Shown: in pieces, positions 55,332 through 64,000 of the stretch
Layout of the letters: every line of letters starts with the position of its first letter
Position numbering within the stretch: the stretch's first letter is position 1
IMG/VR virus record: IMGVR_UViG_3300032249_000925
Location: 1 to 64,000 of that record
DNA: 64,000 bases
Reading direction: 5' to 3' (one strand)
Source of the DNA: a virus
Notes under the pieces: generated by a model
Told to the model about the DNA's origin: nothing
What the model saw: the letters and a program-made list of their open reading frames with translations, nothing else
The model's database searches: none
Translations under genes and position numbers: made by a program

Positions 55332-56281
55332 CAATTAAACAGTATCTAGATAGTGCAAGTCAGGCTTATTATGCAGGCTCGCCTATTATTAGTGATGTGC
55401 AATTTGATCGCCTAGCCGAAATTGCAAAATATTCGGCTGTAGGCGCTCAAGCTACAGGCGCTAAGGCTAAACATTACTATCCTATGTACTCGCTACAAAA
55501 GCACTATGAGGATGAAGGCAAGGCCAATCCACTAGCAGGCATGGGCGATATTAGCATGAGTGTTAAACTAGACGGCGCTGCTATTAGCTTGCTTTATGTA
55601 GACGGTCAACTAGTACAAGCGCTTACTCGCGGTGATGGAGTAGAAGGTCAACTAATTACTGACAAGCTGCTTAGTAGCACTAGTCTAGTTCCGCATACTA
55701 TTTTATCTAAAAAAATAGTACAAATTACTGGCGAGATTGTAGCACCTAATCATATTCCTAATGCTAGAAACTATGCTGCTGGTAGTCTTAATCTAAAAGA
55801 TGCGGACGAGTTTGCTACTCGTGCAATTAGTTTCTTTGCCTATAATGTATCACCTAATTTTCATGATACATATGACAAAGATATGGTTCACCTAAAAATG
55901 TTAGGATTTAATACAGTTCAGGAAACTGATCTAGAAAAAATCTATCCTACTGACGGCGTGGTATTTAGACTTAACAATAATAAAAAATTTGAAGAACTTG
56001 GCTATACTAGTAAACATCCTCGCGGTGCTTATGCTCGTAAAGAACGTGCTGATCATGTAGAGACTAAATTGCTAGATGTTGAATGGCAAGTTGGCAAGTC
56101 TGGTAAGGTAACACCAGTAGCAATCTTAGAACCTGTGTTAATAGGTGATGCTATGGTTAGCAGAGCTACATTAAATAATCCAGGCTTTATTGAAGCACTA
56201 GGCCTAGAAATTGGTGATACTGTAGCGGTAGTACGCAGCGGAGAAATAATTCCCTGCATTTTACACAAGGTAGAGGCATAG
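55328..56281 (+). CDS. ligA: NAD-dependent DNA ligase, subunit A (split)
   Basis: KLDG, TRGDG, DGVV, VEWQVGKSG.VTPVA, RSGEIIP. Confidence 0.9.
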   Translation: MTIKQYLDSASQAYYAGSPIISDVQFDRLAEIAKYSAVGAQATGAKAKHYYPMYSLQKHYEDEGKANPLAGMGDISMSVKLDGAAISLLYVDGQLVQALTRGDGVEGQLITDKLLSSTSLVPHTILSKKIVQITGEIVAPNHIPNARNYAAGSLNLKDADEFATRAISFFAYNVSPNFHDTYDKDMVHLKMLGFNTVQETDLEKIYPTDGVVFRLNNNKKFEELGYTSKHPRGAYARKERADHVETKLLDVEWQVGKSGKVTPVAILEPVLIGDAMVSRATLNNPGFIEALGLEIGDTVAVVRSGEIIPCILHKVEA

Positions 56282-56347
56282 AAAATTTTCACTTGCAAAA
56301 CCTAGCCTAATACTGTATAATACATTATTAAATTTAAAAAACGCACA

Positions 56348-57109
56348 ATGAAGATCAAAATTCCCACTAATTGTCCGTGTTGTGAATATACCCTAGAGCT
56401 TGTTAACGATCAACTTTTTTGTCGTAACCAAGCCTGTGGTGCACAGTTAGGTAAAAAATTAGAGCATTTTTGTAAAACATTGGGCATCAAAGGCATGGGT
56501 GCTAAAACCCTAGAAAAACTTCAACTAAGTGATATTACTGAAATTTACTATCTTGAGCTTGACGAAATTATCAAAGCACTAGGCAGTGAAAAAATTGCAG
56601 TAAAACTATTAGATGAGATTAATCGTTCTCGTAACAGTGATTTAGCAACCATACTGCCTGCTTTTAGTATTCCGCTTGTAGGTAACACAGCAGCACAAAA
56701 AATTAGCAAAGTAGTGCATAGCATTGATGAGATTACCCAAGAACAGTGTAAACAAGCAGGTCTAGGAGAAAAAGTTACTAATAATCTAATCTCTTGGCTA
56801 GAGACAGATTTTCAAGAAATGAAAGAGTTCTTGCCATTCTCTTTTACAGTAGATAATAAACCAGTAGCCAATGCAATCGGCGAAGTTGTTTGCATAACTG
56901 GTAAGTTAACTTCATTTAAAACCAAATCAGAAGCCACAAAAGCACTAGAAAATGCAGGTTTTAAAGTTACTGATTCAGTAACTAAACAAACTAATTATCT
57001 AGTAGATGAAGATAATAAAGGCAGTTCAAAACGTATTAAAGCCGATCAGCTCGGTATTACAATCATCAAAAACTTATTACACTTCTTAAACGAGAAAAAA
57101 TATGACTGA
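56348..57109 (+). CDS. ligB: NAD-dependent DNA ligase, subunit B (Zn finger, HhH, BRCT)
   Basis: PTNCPCC, IKGMG, VCITGKL, SSK...A..LG. Confidence 0.9.
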   Translation: MKIKIPTNCPCCEYTLELVNDQLFCRNQACGAQLGKKLEHFCKTLGIKGMGAKTLEKLQLSDITEIYYLELDEIIKALGSEKIAVKLLDEINRSRNSDLATILPAFSIPLVGNTAAQKISKVVHSIDEITQEQCKQAGLGEKVTNNLISWLETDFQEMKEFLPFSFTVDNKPVANAIGEVVCITGKLTSFKTKSEATKALENAGFKVTDSVTKQTNYLVDEDNKGSSKRIKADQLGITIIKNLLHFLNEKKYD

Positions 57110-57848
57110 AAAACTTAAAAAATGGTCCGACGAAGCCGTTGCTCAACTTCTACAAATTGTAGGACATGAGTCTCCTGTATCGGTTTCTAAAGTTGAACAA
57201 GCCGCCGAAGCACTTGACGTTAGCACACGTAGTGTAGCTGCAAAACTACGTCAACTAGACCATGAAGTAGTTAGCATGGCAAAAGAAAAAGTTAGCGCAT
57301 TTACCGAAGACGAAGGTAATGCACTTGCTAATTTTGTTAATAGCAATGCCAATGTATTTACCTACAAACAAATTGCAGAAAAATTTGCTGATGGCAAATT
57401 TACAGCTAAACAAATTCAGGGCAAACTACTTGCTCTAGAAATGACTGGCAGCGTTAAAGCTGCTGAAAAAGTTGAAGTAGCACGTAGCTATACAGAAGCC
57501 GAAGAAAACAAGTTTGTTCAGATGGCTGAGCGCGGTAGCTTTATTGAAGATATTGCACAAGCTCTTGGTAAAACTGTTGCTTCAGTTCGTGGTAAAGCAC
57601 TTAGCCTTACTCGTAAAGGCCAAATTGCAAAAATTCCAGTACAACGCGAATCACACGCTAAAGACCAAGTAGATCCAATCGTTGCACTTGGTGAGCGTAT
57701 TACAACTATGACTGTTGCAGAAATTGCAGCTAAAGTTGATAAAACTGAGCGAGGTCTACGCACCCTGCTTACACGTCGCGGCATTAATGTTGCTGACTAC
57801 AAAGGAGCCGATAAAAAGGCTAAAGCAGAAGCTAAACTAGCTGCTTAA
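57102..57848 (+). CDS. T5 D5-like DNA-binding protein
   Basis: RSVAAKLR, KQIQGKLLALE, SVRGKALSL, RGLRTLLTRRG; after ligB. Confidence 0.8.
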   Translation: MTEKLKKWSDEAVAQLLQIVGHESPVSVSKVEQAAEALDVSTRSVAAKLRQLDHEVVSMAKEKVSAFTEDEGNALANFVNSNANVFTYKQIAEKFADGKFTAKQIQGKLLALEMTGSVKAAEKVEVARSYTEAEENKFVQMAERGSFIEDIAQALGKTVASVRGKALSLTRKGQIAKIPVQRESHAKDQVDPIVALGERITTMTVAEIAAKVDKTERGLRTLLTRRGINVADYKGADKKAKAEAKLAA

Positions 57849-57862
57849 ATCCCTTTAAACAG

Positions 57863-57899
57863 CAGGGCCGGGAGTTTTTATAGGCTCCCGGCCTTTTTT
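57863..57899 (+). terminator. Intrinsic terminator
   Basis: ggccgggagt...gctcccggcc followed by tttttt. Confidence 0.8.
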
Positions 57900-57916
57900 A
57901 CTTTGGAAACCAGTAA

Positions 57917-58216
57917 ATGAAAGTTACAATTACATATCACGATTCAGAATCGTTTACTGTTGAAGAAGTAGTAAAACAAGCAGTTCATAATTATGGCCGT
58001 TTAGCTCAGGTAGACGTAATGCCTGATTCTACAATGGCCTATGATCATATCTATTTTGGTTTGCAACAATTAGTTACTCATGAACAGCTAAGTATGTTGT
58101 TTGATAAAGGTTCTAGTTATCAGCAAGATATTAAACGTCTGCGTAATCAAATTATTTACAAAGTAACAGAAATTATAGACCAAGTAATAGTAGATAATGA
58201 ATCTAAGGTAGGTTAA
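57917..58216 (+). CDS. Hypothetical protein
   Basis: ORF before the helicase. Confidence 0.6.
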   Translation: MKVTITYHDSESFTVEEVVKQAVHNYGRLAQVDVMPDSTMAYDHIYFGLQQLVTHEQLSMLFDKGSSYQQDIKRLRNQIIYKVTEIIDQVIVDNESKVG

Positions 58217-58217
58217 T

Positions 58218-59600
58218 ATGGATGTTTCAGCCGTAGTCTTAAACAAACTGCTTCAAGAGCAGAGCCTAGATATTTGGGCTAAGCTAAAGCTAGTGTTTTT
58301 AGATCCGGCTTACTCGTCCTTGTATAGTGTTATCAATAAGCATTATGAAAAGTATAATGCACTTCCAAATTTTGATGACCTAGAACTTACATTGCGAGAA
58401 GGTCCTGCATCAAAAATATTAGCTACGCTAAAATTAACAGAAATTCCGGACGTAACAGCAGAAATAGCACTTGATGCACTTATAGATCAATATACGCAAA
58501 ATGAAACTGTAAAACTACTAGATAAATTTGTGGATAAGCTTCCACTATACGATTCAAATGAAATAAAAGAAAACTTAGCATCAATTGCACTAGTAATTGA
58601 AGAAAAAACGCATACTAGTGAAAAAGTGTTTACTATGGCTGATATAATGCTTTTTCAACATCCTGAAGATTTAGAAAAAGAACGCGTTTATCTTGGCCTT
58701 AATAATACTTTTGATAGTGTGCTTGGTGGTGTTGCTAGACAAGAACTTATCTTAATTGGCGGTAAACGAGGCAGCGGTAAAAGTATTACTTGTAGTAATA
58801 TTTTTATTAATCAATACGAAGCTGGAAACAGCAGTATTTATTTTAGTATTGAAATGACTGCCTACGAAACTATGCAACGAAACTTAGCAATCTTAGCTAA
58901 TGTAAATTTGCAAAATTTAAAGCAAAACAAACTAACTGATCAAGAAATATTACAAGTAGTACAAGCTAGAGCTTCAATGTTTGAAGGCGCGGAGTCTGTA
59001 GCCGATGAGTTTTTACGTCACAGAGACAGATTTAAATTTGAAGAAACTTTAGTTAGAAACTTTAAACTAAAACCCGATAATCAAATGATTATTGTTGATG
59101 ACAGAGATTTGACCCTAGGCGCTATTGATTTGCACATTGGTAAAACTAAAGCTAAATTTGGTGATAAACTATCAGTTGTAGTTGTAGATTATTTAAATCA
59201 AATTGTTATAGAGGGCAATAGTCAATACGATTGGCAACCACAAATCGAAGTCTCAAAGAAATTAAAAAACTTAGCTAGAAAATACGAAGTAGTTATTGTA
59301 AGTCCTTATCAAATTGATGCTAGTGGTGAAGCCAGATTCGCCAAAGGCATTTTAGATGCAGCAGATATAGCATTAGTAATGGAAGCACATGAAAAAGATG
59401 CACAAGCAATTAGTTTTGAAACAACAAAGATTCGTGGGGGAAAAGAGATGGCATTTACATGCCCTATTAATTGGGACACACTTAGAATTGCCCCCCAAAG
59501 CATTGATCAACCATCTAAAAAAGAACCTGTTAAAAAAGCAAATAAAAAAACAAATAATCAAACACAAGAACTCGCAACTGATTTACCTTGGGACGCGTAG
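58218..59600 (+). CDS. Replicative DnaB-like helicase (T5 D6-like)
   Basis: GGKRGSGKS, FSIEM, VVDYLNQI, SPYQID. Confidence 0.9.
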   Translation: MDVSAVVLNKLLQEQSLDIWAKLKLVFLDPAYSSLYSVINKHYEKYNALPNFDDLELTLREGPASKILATLKLTEIPDVTAEIALDALIDQYTQNETVKLLDKFVDKLPLYDSNEIKENLASIALVIEEKTHTSEKVFTMADIMLFQHPEDLEKERVYLGLNNTFDSVLGGVARQELILIGGKRGSGKSITCSNIFINQYEAGNSSIYFSIEMTAYETMQRNLAILANVNLQNLKQNKLTDQEILQVVQARASMFEGAESVADEFLRHRDRFKFEETLVRNFKLKPDNQMIIVDDRDLTLGAIDLHIGKTKAKFGDKLSVVVVDYLNQIVIEGNSQYDWQPQIEVSKKLKNLARKYEVVIVSPYQIDASGEARFAKGILDAADIALVMEAHEKDAQAISFETTKIRGGKEMAFTCPINWDTLRIAPQSIDQPSKKEPVKKANKKTNNQTQELATDLPWDA

Positions 59601-59602
59601 AG

Positions 59603-60454
59603 ATGGATCCCGTTTTAGACCTGATTCAAAAAAACGGATTGCAATTCCAGGTATCCGGTCGCGACTATTTAATCAAATGTTTAAACCCAGAGCATCCGGA
59701 TACAAATCCTAGTTTTCGTGTAGACAAAATAAGTGGAATAGCACATTGTTTTAGTTGTGGATTTAAAACTAATATATTCAAATATTATGGAATTTTTAGT
59801 AACCCTATACCCATAAAAATTGCTAAACTAAAAGAAAAACTGCAAGATTTAAAAATGCAAGCACACGGTGTAGACCTTCCTGCAGGCGCTACACCGTTTA
59901 CTAAAACTTTTAGAGGCATTAGCCAACAAACTCTAAAACATTTTGAAGCTTTTTACACTAATCAAGTAGAAAAACTACAAGATAGAATTATTTTTCCTAT
60001 AAAAGATATAACTGGAAAAACTGCAGTATATGTTGCTAGACATATGCTATCAAACGGTAATCCTAGATATATTAATTATCCTAGCAAAGTTCAAATGCCT
60101 ATTTTTCCTGCACAAATACCAGGAGGGTATAAAAGTTTAGTAATTGTAGAAGGCATATTTGATATGCTAAATCTTTATGATAAAGGTTTAAAAAATGTAG
60201 CTTGTGCATTTGGCACAAATACCCTACAAGCAGACACAAAACTAAAAATGTTTCCGTATAAAGCTCAGGGCATTAGTCATATATACATATTATTTGACGG
60301 AGACGATGCAGGAAAAAAAGCAGCTGAAAGTTTAAAACTAACGCTTGAACAACTAGAATTTATAGTTGAAATTATTAAATTGCCAGACGGAACTGATCCA
60401 GGTGATTTAGATCAGATTAATGTACAAAGCATTGCAGAATATATTAAAAAATAA
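59603..60454 (+). CDS. DNA primase (CHC2 zinc finger + TOPRIM)
   Basis: CLNPEH...HCFSCG, VEGIFD, FDGDDAG, DPG. Confidence 0.9.
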   Translation: MDPVLDLIQKNGLQFQVSGRDYLIKCLNPEHPDTNPSFRVDKISGIAHCFSCGFKTNIFKYYGIFSNPIPIKIAKLKEKLQDLKMQAHGVDLPAGATPFTKTFRGISQQTLKHFEAFYTNQVEKLQDRIIFPIKDITGKTAVYVARHMLSNGNPRYINYPSKVQMPIFPAQIPGGYKSLVIVEGIFDMLNLYDKGLKNVACAFGTNTLQADTKLKMFPYKAQGISHIYILFDGDDAGKKAAESLKLTLEQLEFIVEIIKLPDGTDPGDLDQINVQSIAEYIKK

Positions 60455-60504
60455 CTTGATTATTCTAGCCAAATACGCTATAATAAAGTATTACTGGAGA
60501 AATT

Positions 60505-62787
60505 ATGAAAAAAGTTGCGCTAATAGACAAAGCACCAAATCGCACTAGATATAGTGAATATTTCAATTTTGACTTTGATCACTATCATATGAGTGATGTG
60601 CCTATTACAAAACTGTTGAAAAAAGACGTTACACTGCAGTTTGATGCAGAGCCTTATGATTTAATTATACTTGTAGGTGCTGAAGCTGCAAAAGAATATG
60701 CTAAAATTACTAGTGTAACTAATTATGCAGGCCAACTAGTTAACGAAAAATTTGTTTGTATTACAAATCCAGCAATGTTAGCTTTTAAACCTGAAGGCAA
60801 ACCTGATTTTCAACGTGCTGTAGACAAAATTCTTAAATATTATAATGATAGCATTGTTGCACCTAGTACTGGTGATTTTAGCGGTATTGATAACACAGAC
60901 CAAGCAAAAGCGTACTTAAAAGAAATCTTAGCAAATGCACAAGGATATGTTGCCTGGGATACAGAAACTACTAGTTTGTACCCTAGAGATGGATATGTAC
61001 TAGGCGTTAGTTTAACCTATAAAGCCAAACAAGGCAGATATGTTATTACAGACTGCATGGATGAGGAGTGCATAGATTTACTGCAACAAATTGCCAATAA
61101 ATTTTATACCATTTTTCATAATATGAAATTTGACTATAAAATGATTAACTATCACTTAGGCATTAATTTTCCTCGTGATAGAGTGCACGATACTATGGTT
61201 ATGCACTATGTACTAGATGAAACAGATAGTCATGGGCTAAAACAACTAGCATTAAAATACACAGACTATGGCGATTATGACAGTGCACTAGATGATTTTA
61301 AAAAGAGTTATTGCAGTCAATACAATATTTTGCAAGAAAACTTTAGCTATGACTTAATTCCTTTTGAAATTATTAGCGAATATGCCGCAATTGACACAGC
61401 CGTAACTTTTGAGTTATTTCACAAATTTTGGCCTATTGTGCAGGCTAATGAAAAATTTACTTGGGTATATAAAAATTTACTAGTAGACGGTACATTATTT
61501 TTAATGGATATGGAAGAAGTAGGTATTCCAATCTGTAAAGATCGTATGCACAGAGCTAACCTTTACCTAGACGATGAAATTCAGCGTGCTAAAGAAGTAG
61601 TATTTAGTTTTGATGCAGTTAAACAGTTTGAACAAGCTAGTGGAAAAATCTTTAATCCTAACAGCGTAATGCAATTACGTGAAGTATTATTTGACTACTT
61701 GGGCCTAGAGCCTACTGGCAAGAAAACTGGTACTGGTGCAGTTTCAACCGATGCTGAAGTATTGGCACAACTAGCCGAAGAACATGAGCTGCCAGGCGCA
61801 ATTTTAAAAGTGCGACAACTAGGCAAAATTCAAAATACTTATATTCAAAAAATCTTACCGGAGTTAGACAAAGATGGGCGAATTCGTACAAATTTTAATC
61901 TTATTTTTACCACTAGTGGCCGGTTGTCTAGTAGTGGCAAATTTAACGCTCAGCAGATTCCACGTGATAATCCAATCATCAAAGGATGTATCCGCGCACC
62001 ACAGGGATATAAAATAGTATCACAAGATTTAGCTACTGCTGAAATGTACTATGCTGCTGTACTTAGCGGCGACAAAAACCTGCAACAAGTATTTAGTAGC
62101 GGCGGAGATTTTCATAGCACAATTGCTAAAATGGTATTTAACCTGCCCTGTCCCGTAGAAGCGGTTAAAAAAGAATATACTAGTATGAGGCAAAGTGCAA
62201 AAGCAATTAGTTTTGGTATTCTTTATGGTAGTGGTGCAAATAAAGTTTCACAAACTGTAAGTAAAGCAACTGGCGAAGTATATCCAGTTGAGCAAGCTCG
62301 TGAAGATATTAAAGCGTATTTTGGTAAATTTAGCAGGCTAAAACATTGGCTAGACGAGCGCAAAAGTTTTATTGAACAAAATGGGTTTACTTATAGCTTT
62401 TTTGGCAGAAAACGCAGATTATCTAATGTGTTTAGCAGTGATAAAGGTATTGCAGCTCATGAAGTACGCAGCGGTATTAATGCAGAAGTACAGTCACTAG
62501 CCAGTGATGTTAATTTACTTGGAGCTATGCGAACTGCCAAGCATATCAAACAAGAAAAACTAGATGCAAAAATCTTTATGCTTGTACATGATTCTATTGT
62601 AGCACTGGTAAAAGACGAACACGTTGCGCAGTATTGCAAAATACTTAAATTAAATACTCAGTATGATCATGGCTGTAGTATTCCTGGTACGCCTATTGGT
62701 GTAGATCAAGATATAGGCGAAGACTATAGCTTTGGTGATTTTGAGGTACGCTATGAATTTGCTGGAGATAAGTTGGCCCGTATTTAG
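60505..62787 (+). CDS. polA: DNA polymerase family A with 3'-5' exonuclease
   Basis: WDTETT, HNMKFD, TTSGRLSS, DLATAE, RQSAKAISFGILYG, LVHDS. Confidence 0.95.
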   Translation: MKKVALIDKAPNRTRYSEYFNFDFDHYHMSDVPITKLLKKDVTLQFDAEPYDLIILVGAEAAKEYAKITSVTNYAGQLVNEKFVCITNPAMLAFKPEGKPDFQRAVDKILKYYNDSIVAPSTGDFSGIDNTDQAKAYLKEILANAQGYVAWDTETTSLYPRDGYVLGVSLTYKAKQGRYVITDCMDEECIDLLQQIANKFYTIFHNMKFDYKMINYHLGINFPRDRVHDTMVMHYVLDETDSHGLKQLALKYTDYGDYDSALDDFKKSYCSQYNILQENFSYDLIPFEIISEYAAIDTAVTFELFHKFWPIVQANEKFTWVYKNLLVDGTLFLMDMEEVGIPICKDRMHRANLYLDDEIQRAKEVVFSFDAVKQFEQASGKIFNPNSVMQLREVLFDYLGLEPTGKKTGTGAVSTDAEVLAQLAEEHELPGAILKVRQLGKIQNTYIQKILPELDKDGRIRTNFNLIFTTSGRLSSSGKFNAQQIPRDNPIIKGCIRAPQGYKIVSQDLATAEMYYAAVLSGDKNLQQVFSSGGDFHSTIAKMVFNLPCPVEAVKKEYTSMRQSAKAISFGILYGSGANKVSQTVSKATGEVYPVEQAREDIKAYFGKFSRLKHWLDERKSFIEQNGFTYSFFGRKRRLSNVFSSDKGIAAHEVRSGINAEVQSLASDVNLLGAMRTAKHIKQEKLDAKIFMLVHDSIVALVKDEHVAQYCKILKLNTQYDHGCSIPGTPIGVDQDIGEDYSFGDFEVRYEFAGDKLARI

Positions 62788-63280
62788 ACTTGGTGAACAT
62801 AAGCCTACTATAGAAAATAACCTTGTCTACTATTCAAAAGAATACGTAGACAAGGAGTCACTAGAAACTAGAATAGGTTTACGTATTGTAGATGATAAAT
62901 CTGTGCAAGGAAGTACACTAGGGCTACGTAGGCTAGTTATTACAGGCGCTAGACTTTTTCCTATACGACAAGCTATATACTTTTTAGGTGATTTGATTAA
63001 AATAGCCAAACAAACTACATGGTTTATTGATAACACCGGAAAAGTATTTCAGTATAGAAAATCTAGTCGCGCCAAGCTGACTGCATACAAGATTAAAAAA
63101 GTTTTGCCGCTTGAGGGTATGGGTGCTATTATCGAAGTGCAAGGTCTACCACAACGATTTAAATGTATGTATGCACCTAAACCAGAGCAATATTATGCAG
63201 GCATACTTCGTTGGGGTTTAAGCTATGTATTATACGGATTTTATGATGAACAATTTAAAGCAACATATAGGTTAGTATAA
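62753..63280 (+). CDS. Conserved T5-like hypothetical protein
   Basis: Between pol and D10; TLGLRRL, FIDNTGKVF. Confidence 0.7.
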   Translation: MNLLEISWPVFRLGEHKPTIENNLVYYSKEYVDKESLETRIGLRIVDDKSVQGSTLGLRRLVITGARLFPIRQAIYFLGDLIKIAKQTTWFIDNTGKVFQYRKSSRAKLTAYKIKKVLPLEGMGAIIEVQGLPQRFKCMYAPKPEQYYAGILRWGLSYVLYGFYDEQFKATYRLV

Positions 63281-64000
63281 TGGCTAAAGCAATTATAAGT
63301 AACAGAATTTACTTAGATAACCCTGGTGTAGAAGAAACCAAGCAAATTATAAAAACGCTTACCTATAAAATTCACAAAGACACGGGAAGTAAGCAATTTA
63401 GTACTGTAGAAACTATCAGAAACTATAAAATTTTACCTAAAAACGTATTAAGTATACCACAAGGACGATTAGATTTAGTTCCTAAAAATTACGAAATTAT
63501 AGAAAAACGCACACAAGTACCAGCACCTTTTCCTGAAACTAAATTTCCACTACGTGATACGCAACAAGTAGTTTATGATGAAGTTACAGATACGTGTTTT
63601 ATTAATGCTTTAGTTGGTTGGGGCAAAACTTTTACTGCACTGCATCTTGCTAAAAAATTTGGTCAAAAAACACTAGTAGTTACACACACTACCGCACTAC
63701 GCGATCAGTGGCGTGAAGAAGTAGAAATATTGTTTGGTATGCGTGCAGGAGTTATTGGTGGTGGTGGCCTAGATTGGGAAGATCATGCTATTACAATAGC
63801 CAATGTTCAAACACTGGTAAAACACAGCGCAAAATTAGCAAAAGAATTTGGCACAATAATCTTAGACGAAGCACATCACTGTCCTGCTAGTACATTTTCG
63901 CAACTAATAGATGATTTTCATGCCCGTTATAGAATAGCACTTAGTGGAACTATGATTCGTAAAGACGGCAAACACATAATGTTTGCAGACTTTTTTGGTC
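63280..64000 (+). CDS. Superfamily 2 helicase (T5 D10-like), truncated by the window edge
   Basis: MAKAIISNRIY; VGWGKT, ILDEAHH, LSGT. Confidence 0.9.
   Translation, partial: MAKAIISNRIYLDNPGVEETKQIIKTLTYKIHKDTGSKQFSTVETIRNYKILPKNVLSIPQGRLDLVPKNYEIIEKRTQVPAPFPETKFPLRDTQQVVYDEVTDTCFINALVGWGKTFTALHLAKKFGQKTLVVTHTTALRDQWREEVEILFGMRAGVIGGGGLDWEDHAITIANVQTLVKHSAKLAKEFGTIILDEAHHCPASTFSQLIDDFHARYRIALSGTMIRKDGKHIMFADFFG

Noticed and set aside
55328-57109. Split DNA ligase as pseudogene or intron
   Set aside because: A two-gene NAD ligase is the normal T5-type arrangement, and the second gene has its own promoter

Overview
Part of a lytic T5-related siphophage genome (Demerecviridae-like gene order, AT-rich, sigma70-type promoters throughout). 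Family assignments come from motif recognition and recalled sequence similarity, not database searches. 1-26.2 kb (minus strand): late operons for packaging, head and tail. These include a prohead protease-major capsid in-frame fusion, a GGGAAAC -1 frameshift tail chaperone pair, a lambda-type tail tip grafted onto a T5-type tail, a Dps gene and a PlcP/Agt-like phospholipid-remodelling gene pair. About 26.4-33.4 kb: probable terminal-repeat/pre-early region with dmp, four A2-like paralogs, two SprT-like proteases, a DEDD exonuclease, eight leftward promoter+hairpin elements that serve no ORF, an iss-like repeat block and a ~575-nt promoter-to-terminator structured noncoding RNA candidate. 33.4-52 kb: early accessory genes (D2, ThyX, SleB-like hydrolase, Hsp20 with ROSE-like hairpin, UvsE, rubredoxin, a four-gene fibre/collagen operon, permuted two-piece tmRNA beside ClpP, C5 methylase, five tRNAs). 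52-64 kb: T5-type replication module (D3, split NAD ligase, D5, DnaB-like helicase, primase, PolA, D10 helicase). The host is plausibly a betaproteobacterium (inference from the tmRNA tag and a DUF3563-like gene).
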